NCBI GenBank assembly: GCA_963752475.1
Contig: CAVVYR010000007.1
Span: 288,001-352,000, forward strand
Reading direction: 5' to 3'
DNA length: 64,000 bases
From: an uncultured Chloroflexia bacterium
GTDB taxonomy: Bacteria; Chloroflexota; Limnocylindria; Limnocylindrales; CSP1-4
Shown here: positions 57,341 to 64,000 of the stretch, piece by piece
Layout of the letters: every line of letters begins with the position of its first letter
How positions within the stretch are numbered: position 1 is the first letter of the stretch
Notes under the pieces: generated by a model
Databases searched by the model: none
What the model was told of the DNA's origin: nothing
What the model saw: only the letters and a program-made list of their open reading frames with translations
Program-made: the position numbers and the translations under genes

Positions 57341-59299
57341 ATGAGTCATCGGACTCGCACCGGGATCGCCTTTGGTGCGGCCGCGGCCCTGACAGCCACT
57401 GCGCTGCTCTCCGGCCCCGTCGCCGCCCAGGACGAGACCGCGCTCGTCTACGCCATCGACGGTGAGATCAGCGCGCTGAACAATGGCGCTGACGACGTCC
57501 CCACCGACGAGGCGAACACCTGGCTGCACAACGGCCTGTACACGCTCGATGAGAGCCTGACGCCCGTCCCCGACATCGCCGCCGATCTCGCTGAGATCAG
57601 CGAGGATGGCCTGACCTGGACCATCAAGCTCCGCGAGGATGTCTACTTCCAGCCGACCGGCGAGCAGGTCACCGCTGAGGACGTCGTCTTCACGTACGAG
57701 CTCGCCAACAGCGACAACTGCACGTTCAACCCGGACAGCTGTCTGGCCTTCGTGACCGTCACCCCCGAGGGTGCCGAGGAGCCCATGAAGGTGCTGCAGA
57801 GCGCCACCGCGCTCGACGACTTCACCGTCGAGTTCGTGCTGGCCGACAAGTACGCACCCTTCACCACCGTCTCGCTGCCGGGCCTGGCCATCGACAGCAA
57901 GACCGCCACCGAGGCTGCCTTCGCCGACTTCCAGGAGGGCCTGGGTGCGGTCACCGCGGCTGACGTGGACGGCCTTCTCGCCGCCACCGATTCCGAGACC
58001 TTCATCGCCGACGCCGAGGCACTGCTGAGCTCCGCCGAGTTCGCGATCCCCGACCAGGCCCTGCACCAGAGCGAGGATGGCTCCCTCAACGAGGAGAGCT
58101 ACGCCACCGCGCTGCAGACCGAGCTGACCAGCCTGAGCACGATCCTCAACGCCAGCGAGATCGACCAGATCGCCGCGGCCTACAAGCTCATCGATACGGC
58201 CCGCATGCCCGTCGGCACCGGCCCGTTCTACGTCACCGAGTTCCGCCCCGGCCAGGACATCACGGCCCAGCGCAACCCGACCTACCACTGGGGCCCCAGC
58301 GCTTTCGAGACGCTGTACATGCCCATCATCAAGGACGACGTCGCTGCGTCCGCCGCTCTCGCCGGTGGCGACATCGACTGGAAGTACAGCCTGACCGCCG
58401 ACGGCTACGAGCAGCTGAGGGACAACGCCGGCGTCAAGTTCGCCCTCTACCCCGACTTCGGCTACTTCAACCTGCAGTTCAACCTGCGTGAAGGCAACAT
58501 GTTCGCCGACAAGAACGTGCGCCAGGCGCTGGCCCACTGCATCGACAAGGAAGCCACCGTCGAGGCCGCGACCGACGGCCAGGGCGTGCCCATCTACGCC
58601 GACATCCCGCCCGCGAGCTGGGCCTACAACCCCGACGTCAAGCGCTACGAGCTCGACGTCGACAAGGCCATCTCCCTTCTCGAGGAGGCCGGCTGGACCG
58701 AGGTCGCTGACGACGGCGTTCGCATGAACGTGGACGGCGATCGCCTCGAGACCCACATCCTCCTGCGCGCCGGCAAGCCCGACCGCAGCAAGTTCATGCA
58801 GCTCACCGCCAGCCAGGCCAAGGAGTGTGGCTTCAACCTGACCCTCGAAGAGGCCGACTTCGGTACGGTCCTCCTGCCGGGTCTCGAGTGGCCGCTCGTC
58901 ATGGCCGGCCAGGACGAGCAGTGGCAGGCCTACTTCGGCGGCTGGGGCACCAGCTACGATCCCGATCCCTACAGCCTGTATCACAGCAACAACATCGTGA
59001 CCGAGGATCTGCCTGACGCCTACAACTACATCGGCTTCAGCAACGAGCGTGCCGATGAGCTGATCGAGGCTGGCCTGGCCGAGCTCGATCAGGCCAAGCG
59101 TGCCGAGATCTACCAGGAGTTCGAGGCCATCATGGCTGAGGAGCTCCCGGCCCTGTGGGCCTGGTCCGACGAGGCCCGCGAGGGCCTGACCGCCACCGTG
59201 ACCGGCGACGTCGAGTGGGACGAGTCCGTCATGAGCACCCCGACCTGGTTCTGGGAGCTCGAGAAGATCTCCAAGGGCGGCGCGACCGTCCAGGACTAG
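57341..59299 (+). CDS. oppA: ABC transporter substrate-binding protein, family 5 (OppA/DppA-like)
   Basis: GAGGAGG RBS; signal peptide (VAA-Q); PDIA...SEDGLTWTIKLRE, TAEDVVFT, PVGTGPF, VRQALAHCID. Confidence 0.85.
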   Translation: MSHRTRTGIAFGAAAALTATALLSGPVAAQDETALVYAIDGEISALNNGADDVPTDEANTWLHNGLYTLDESLTPVPDIAADLAEISEDGLTWTIKLREDVYFQPTGEQVTAEDVVFTYELANSDNCTFNPDSCLAFVTVTPEGAEEPMKVLQSATALDDFTVEFVLADKYAPFTTVSLPGLAIDSKTATEAAFADFQEGLGAVTAADVDGLLAATDSETFIADAEALLSSAEFAIPDQALHQSEDGSLNEESYATALQTELTSLSTILNASEIDQIAAAYKLIDTARMPVGTGPFYVTEFRPGQDITAQRNPTYHWGPSAFETLYMPIIKDDVAASAALAGGDIDWKYSLTADGYEQLRDNAGVKFALYPDFGYFNLQFNLREGNMFADKNVRQALAHCIDKEATVEAATDGQGVPIYADIPPASWAYNPDVKRYELDVDKAISLLEEAGWTEVADDGVRMNVDGDRLETHILLRAGKPDRSKFMQLTASQAKECGFNLTLEEADFGTVLLPGLEWPLVMAGQDEQWQAYFGGWGTSYDPDPYSLYHSNNIVTEDLPDAYNYIGFSNERADELIEAGLAELDQAKRAEIYQEFEAIMAEELPALWAWSDEAREGLTATVTGDVEWDESVMSTPTWFWELEKISKGGATVQD

Positions 59300-59343
59300 C
59301 TTCGACCGTACCTAGTGCATCGAACGTGGCCTAGGCCACGTCA

Positions 59344-59378
59344 GGGGGCCGCTCCGCGCCAGACGCCGGGCGGCCCCC
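59344..59378 (+). terminator. GC-rich hairpin after the binding-protein gene (terminator or stabiliser)
   Basis: GGGGGCCGCTC...GGGCGGCCCCC stem, preceded by the perfect palindrome ACGTGGCCTAGGCCACGT (59324-59341). Confidence 0.5.
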
Positions 59379-59457
59379 AGAGCACCCCCTCCCGCATCAC
59401 CGGTTCCACGTGCGTGTACCCTCCTTCACCTGTATGCCCCGCCAGGTAGTGCGCTAG

Positions 59458-60477
59458 ATGGCGCAGTACCTGCTTCGCCGGGTCATCCAGGCGATCCCCA
59501 TCCTCATCGGCGTCTCGATGATCGTGTTCCTGATCGTCTATGCCTCCCCGGGTGACCCCACCGACCGCTTCCGCACGCCGCGCGTGCCCCCGGAGCAGAT
59601 CGAGGCGCTCATCCGCCAGTACGGCCTCGACCGCCCGCTGCCCGAGCAGTACCTCTCGTGGGCGTCCACGTTCTTCAGGATCATCGACTTCAACGCCAGC
59701 TTCGACCCGCGGGTGTGGACCATGAACTGGGACGCCTGGGGCTATAGCTTCACCGACGGACGCGAGGTGATGGAGAAGGTCTTCTTGCGCCTGCCCCCGA
59801 CGATCCTGCTCATGGGCACGGCGCTGATCGTCACCATCATCTTCGCCATCCCCATCGGCATCCTCGCTGCCGTTCGCCAGTACAGCTGGACGGACAAGAT
59901 CATCACCACCGCGGCCACGTTCGGCTACGCCATCCCCTCGTTCCTGCTGGGCACGTACATCCTCTATCTCGGAGGCGTGCTCCTCAAGACGTGGACCGAC
60001 GGCGCGCTGGGCTTCCCGACCTTCGGCATGGAGAGCCTTGGCAAACGCGGCGACCCGGTGGACATCGCGATGCACATGATCCTGCCGGTGACCTCGCTGG
60101 CGATCCTGAGCATCGCTGCCTGGAGCCGCTACACGCGTTCGGCGATGCTCGACGTGCTGCACCAGGACTACGTGCGCACGGCCAAGGCCAAGGGCCTGCC
60201 GCGCCGCACGGTCATCTTCAAGCACGCCCTGCGCAACGCGCTCATCCCCATCGTGACCCTGCTGGGCCTGTCGATCCCCACGCTCATCGCGGGTGCGGCC
60301 ATCACCGAGACCATCTTCAGTTGGCCCGGCATCGGTTCGCTGTTCATCGACGCCGTGGGCGCCAAGGACTACCCGGTGATCATGGCCGTGGCCATGCTCT
60401 CGGGCATCGCCGTCATCGTGGGCAACCTCGTTGCCGACGGGCTCTACGGCGTGGTCGATCCGCGCATCAAGTACTAG
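59458..60477 (+). CDS. oppB: Oligopeptide/dipeptide ABC permease B
   Basis: YLLRRV, PGDP, YGLDRPL..QY, R..MLDVLHQDYVRTAKAKGL, ETIFSWPGIG, DPRI. Confidence 0.9.
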   Translation: MAQYLLRRVIQAIPILIGVSMIVFLIVYASPGDPTDRFRTPRVPPEQIEALIRQYGLDRPLPEQYLSWASTFFRIIDFNASFDPRVWTMNWDAWGYSFTDGREVMEKVFLRLPPTILLMGTALIVTIIFAIPIGILAAVRQYSWTDKIITTAATFGYAIPSFLLGTYILYLGGVLLKTWTDGALGFPTFGMESLGKRGDPVDIAMHMILPVTSLAILSIAAWSRYTRSAMLDVLHQDYVRTAKAKGLPRRTVIFKHALRNALIPIVTLLGLSIPTLIAGAAITETIFSWPGIGSLFIDAVGAKDYPVIMAVAMLSGIAVIVGNLVADGLYGVVDPRIKY

Positions 60478-60487
60478 GAGTGACGTC

Positions 60488-61441
60488 ATAGCTACGGCAA
60501 AGCCCCAGGAGACCGCGAGCCCCATCGCGGCGACGCCTGCCAGTGGCGGAGGGGCGGACGAGTTCGACGAGATCGACAAGACGCCCGTCCGGACCTACTG
60601 GCAGCTCGTCCGACAGCGTTTCCTGCGCCATCGCCTGGCGGTGCTCTCACTCATCGTCCTGTCCGTCCTCATCGCCTACGGCTTCATCGTGCCCTGGCTC
60701 ACGGGCGACCTCTACAAGACCGCCAGCCTGCAGAACATCTGGGGTGAGCCGTCCTTCCCGGAAGCGCCGCTGGGCTACGACGAGATCGGCCAGAACGTCT
60801 TCGTGCGCCTGGCCAAGGCCACGCAGACGTCGCTGGTCATCGGCTTCGCGGCCGTGCTCATCATCGTGGGCATCGGCAGCTTCGTCGGCTCCATCGCCGG
60901 ATACGTCGGCGGCTGGGTCGACAACGCCCTGATGCGCTTCGTCGACATCGTGCTGACGCTGCCCATCCTCTTCATCATCCTCATGATCGTGGGCTTCTTC
61001 GGCCAGGGCAACCGCGCAGTGGTCATCATCGCCATCGGCATCACGGGCTGGACGCTGGCCGCGAGGTTGATCCGCGGTGAGTTCCTGATGCTGCGAGAGA
61101 TGGACTTCGTCCACGCCGCCAAGGCGCTGGGCGCAGGCCATCGCCGCATCATCGGGCGACACATGCTGCCGCCGGCCATGAGCCCGCTCATCGTGGCCGC
61201 CGCCATCGGCGTGGCCGACGCGGTCGTGGTCGAGGCTGCACTCTCGTTCCTCGGGTTCGGCATCAGCCGGCCGGAGGCCAGCCTGGGCAACATGCTCACC
61301 AATGCGCAGGACTACTTCATCCGCGCGCCCCTGATGGTGGTCTGGCCGGGCCTCATCCTCATCCTCATGGTCCTCTCGGCGAGCTTCCTCGGCGACGGCC
61401 TCCGTGACGCGCTCGACCCGCGCCAGAAGCTCGACGCCTGA
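60488..61441 (+). CDS. oppC: Oligopeptide/dipeptide ABC permease C (start codon uncertain; in-frame ATA after RBS)
   Basis: W..F.RHRLA N-terminal motif, LGYDEIGQ, ARLIRG..L..REMDFV.AAKALGA, EAALSFLGFG, GDGLRDALDPR. Confidence 0.88.
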   Translation: MATAKPQETASPIAATPASGGGADEFDEIDKTPVRTYWQLVRQRFLRHRLAVLSLIVLSVLIAYGFIVPWLTGDLYKTASLQNIWGEPSFPEAPLGYDEIGQNVFVRLAKATQTSLVIGFAAVLIIVGIGSFVGSIAGYVGGWVDNALMRFVDIVLTLPILFIILMIVGFFGQGNRAVVIIAIGITGWTLAARLIRGEFLMLREMDFVHAAKALGAGHRRIIGRHMLPPAMSPLIVAAAIGVADAVVVEAALSFLGFGISRPEASLGNMLTNAQDYFIRAPLMVVWPGLILILMVLSASFLGDGLRDALDPRQKLDA

Positions 61442-62592
61442 TGACGACCCAGACCGAGTCCCGTACCCCGGACCCGACCAGGACGGCTGTGAGCACGGAG
61501 AACGTCCTCGAGATCAAGGGCCTGCGCACGCACTTCGGCACCATCGACGGGACGGTCAAGGCCGTCGATGGCGTGAGCTTCGAGATCAAGCGCGGGCAGA
61601 CGCTCGGCGTGGTCGGTGAGTCCGGCTGCGGCAAGAGCGTCACGGCCATGTCGGTCATGCGCCTCATCGAGCGACCCGGCCGGATCGTGTCTGGCTCGGT
61701 CACGCTCAGTGGCACGGACCTGCTGGCGCTGAGCGATCGCGAGATGGAGTCCACGCGCGGTGACCGAATGGCCATGATCTTCCAGGAGCCCATGACCTCG
61801 CTGAACCCGGTCTACACCTGCGGCGACCAGATCGCGGAGGCGCTGACACTGCACATGGGCATGGGTCGCGGAGCCGCGCGTGAGCGGGCCATCGAGATGC
61901 TTGCGAGGGTCGGGATCCCTGAGCCGAAGCAGCGGGCCAAACAGTATCCGCACGAGCTCTCCGGTGGCATGCGCCAGCGCGTGATGATCGCGATGGCGCT
62001 GTCGACCGAGCCAGAGCTGCTCATCGCTGATGAGCCCACCACCGCGCTCGACGTCACCATCCAGGCGCAGATCCTGGAGCTGATGAAGGGCCTGCGCGAG
62101 CAGAACGACATGGCCATCATGCTCATCACCCACGACCTTGGCGTCGTGGCCGAGATGGCGGACGAGGTCGTGGTCATGTACGGCGGCAAGGTCGTCGAGC
62201 GTGCTGACGCGATGACCATCTACGAGCGGCCGCACCACCCCTACACCAAGGGCCTCCTGGCCTCGATCCCGAAGCTCGGCGAGCGGCGCAAGCGGCTCGA
62301 TGTCATCAAGGGTGTCGTGCCCAACCCGCTCAACCTGCCCGCCGGCTGCATGTTCAAGCGCCGCTGTGCCGCGGCCATGCCCGTGTGCGACTCGATGCCG
62401 CCGATGCGTCAGCTCGAGGACGGCCACATCTCGCGCTGCTGGTTGGAGCCGGATGGCTCGGTGCCCGCGATCGGTGCCGATGCCGGACCGGCGCAGGCCC
62501 AGCGCGCGGCGGAGGAGATCTCCATCGAGCCCATCGCCCTGCCCGACCCGCGCACCGATGGCGACGAGCCGCGCGAGGAGCTCGGCTCGTGA
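61441..62592 (+). CDS. oppD: Oligopeptide ABC ATP-binding protein D
   Basis: [46 protein letters not shown]-terminal Cys motif. Confidence 0.92.
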   Translation: MTTQTESRTPDPTRTAVSTENVLEIKGLRTHFGTIDGTVKAVDGVSFEIKRGQTLGVVGESGCGKSVTAMSVMRLIERPGRIVSGSVTLSGTDLLALSDREMESTRGDRMAMIFQEPMTSLNPVYTCGDQIAEALTLHMGMGRGAARERAIEMLARVGIPEPKQRAKQYPHELSGGMRQRVMIAMALSTEPELLIADEPTTALDVTIQAQILELMKGLREQNDMAIMLITHDLGVVAEMADEVVVMYGGKVVERADAMTIYERPHHPYTKGLLASIPKLGERRKRLDVIKGVVPNPLNLPAGCMFKRRCAAAMPVCDSMPPMRQLEDGHISRCWLEPDGSVPAIGADAGPAQAQRAAEEISIEPIALPDPRTDGDEPREELGS

Positions 62593-63821
62593 CGGACCAG
62601 CAGGCAAAGGACCGCGCCCCCAGGTCGTCGAACGGCAAGCCCGAGGTACTCCTGAAGGTCGAGGACCTCTACAAGTACTTCCCTGTCAAGGGCGGCCTAC
62701 TGGGCCTCCAGACGGTGGCCCATGTGCATGCCGTCGATGGCGTCTCCTTCGAAGTGCGCCAGGGGGAGACCCTTGGTCTGGTGGGCGAGTCCGGTTGCGG
62801 CAAGACCACGCTGGGCAAGGTCATCCTCCAGCTCCTGGAGGCCACCGAAGGCGACGTCGAGCTCCACGGCAAGAACATCGCCACCATGACCAAGGCGGAG
62901 CGCGCGGAGATCCCCAAGCAGATGCAGGTGGTCTTCCAGGACCCTTACGCCAGCCTCAATCCCCGCATGACCGTGGGCGAGATCGTGGGCGAGGGCCCCA
63001 TGGTCAACGGTCAGTCCGACAAGAAGGAGCGCGAGCAGAACGTTCGGGAGCTGCTGGCCAAGGTCGGCCTCAACCAGAGCCACGCCGGTCGCTACCCTCA
63101 CGAGTTCTCCGGCGGCCAGCGCCAGCGCATCGGCATCGCCCGCGCCCTCGCGCTGAACCCGGACTTCATCGTGCTCGACGAGCCGGTCTCCGCGCTCGAC
63201 GTGTCGATCCAGAGTCAGGTGCTCAACCTCCTCGCGGACCTGCAGGAGGAGTTCGGGCTGACCTACCTCTTCATCGCCCACAACCTCGCGGTCGTACAGC
63301 ACATCAGTGACCGCGTGGGCGTGATGTACCTGGGCAAGCTCGTCGAGCTGGCCGAGGTGGACAGCCTGTATCGGCAGGCGCGCCACCCGTACTCGGTCGC
63401 GCTGCTCTCAGCGGTGCCGGAAGCCGATCCGCGCCGACGCAAGAAGCGCCTGGTGCTCAAGGGCGACGTGCCCAGCCCCGTGGCGCCGCCACCCGGCTGT
63501 CGCTTCAACACACGTTGCTGGCTCAAGGAGCAGCTGGGCGATCCGGAGCGCTGCGAGACGGAGGTCCCGGAGCTGCGTGACATCGGCAGCGGGCACATGA
63601 GCGCCTGTCACTTCGCCGAGGACGTCACGCCCGAGACGGTGGCCAAGGCCGCCGAGGCGCAGCAGCGGGCGCACGATGCCGCGATCGCGGCCGTGGCCAG
63701 CTCGGACCCGGCTGATGGGTCGGACGATGCTGGTGACGCCGGCGCCGGCAGCTCCGGCAAGCGTCGTCTCCCGCTCGGCGCCGGAACCCTGCTCCGCGGC
63801 GGCCGCTCGAAGAAGGACTGA
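62589..63821 (+). CDS. oppF: Oligopeptide ABC ATP-binding protein F
   Basis: [55 protein letters not shown]...ACHF. Confidence 0.92.
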   Translation: MTDQQAKDRAPRSSNGKPEVLLKVEDLYKYFPVKGGLLGLQTVAHVHAVDGVSFEVRQGETLGLVGESGCGKTTLGKVILQLLEATEGDVELHGKNIATMTKAERAEIPKQMQVVFQDPYASLNPRMTVGEIVGEGPMVNGQSDKKEREQNVRELLAKVGLNQSHAGRYPHEFSGGQRQRIGIARALALNPDFIVLDEPVSALDVSIQSQVLNLLADLQEEFGLTYLFIAHNLAVVQHISDRVGVMYLGKLVELAEVDSLYRQARHPYSVALLSAVPEADPRRRKKRLVLKGDVPSPVAPPPGCRFNTRCWLKEQLGDPERCETEVPELRDIGSGHMSACHFAEDVTPETVAKAAEAQQRAHDAAIAAVASSDPADGSDDAGDAGAGSSGKRRLPLGAGTLLRGGRSKKD

Positions 63822-63829
63822 TTCAGGGA

Positions 63830-63873
63830 ACGACGAAAGTGCCTCAGCCGAGCGGGCCGAGGCGCTTCCTCGT
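63830..63873. terminator. Hairpin between convergent genes
   Basis: ACGACGAAAGTGCCTCAGCC...GGCCGAGGCGCTTCCTCGT imperfect stem. Confidence 0.5.
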
Positions 63874-63897
63874 GTCTGACGCGGCGTCGAGGCTAGC

Positions 63898-63999
63898 CTA
63901 GGCCGACATCCGGTCGATGCGCACGGACCACGTGCCGCAGCTGTCGTCGAGCTGCTCGATGGTGTACATCCCTTCCGGCACGTCGTTGATGGTGGCTGA
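63898..63999 (-). CDS. 3' end of an unknown CDS (truncated by window edge)
   Basis: Open minus frame SATINDVPEGMYTIEQLDDSCGTWSVRIDRMSA-stop with high GC3. Confidence 0.55.
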   Translation of the reverse strand, partial: SATINDVPEGMYTIEQLDDSCGTWSVRIDRMSA

Positions 64000-64000
64000 G

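Overview
High-GC bacterial chromosome segment. Gene style suggests Chloroflexota, possibly Limnocylindria-like (inference only, from the FtsZ N-terminus and the split gcvPA/gcvPB). The first 24.5 kb holds sdhA(partial)-sdhB-rnhA, RNase P RNA, two secreted proteins, a dcw cluster (mraZ rsmH orf67 ftsL ftsI murF mraY murD ftsW murG murB ddl ftsQ ftsA ftsZ yggS yggT yggU; no murE or murC) and tRNA-Val(CAC). Next is a ~16 kb accessory island bounded by two near-identical copies of the tRNA terminator. It encodes an ECF sigma factor, a membrane anti-sigma-like protein fused to a MltG domain with Gln at the catalytic Glu position, seven co-oriented exported Kelch/BNR-type or Cys-containing modular proteins, and an IS630 element. 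After it come adenosine deaminase, a META protein, a PQQ sugar dehydrogenase, a repeat-rich 0.7 kb segment built around duplicated acnA 3' ends, aconitase A, a DUF2520 reductase, a NUDIX hydrolase, gcvT/H/PA/PB and an Opp/Dpp-type ABC transporter with two binding proteins. Nine apparent +1 frameshifts lie between 31 and 51 kb; they are most likely sequence errors, so single-base claims need read-level checks. The best novel-system candidate is the ECF / pseudo-MltG anti-sigma / secreted propeller array. Long rod-like hairpins upstream of both stable-RNA genes and the acnA-tail repeat element are also unexplained. All calls come from motif recognition by eye; no database searches were run.
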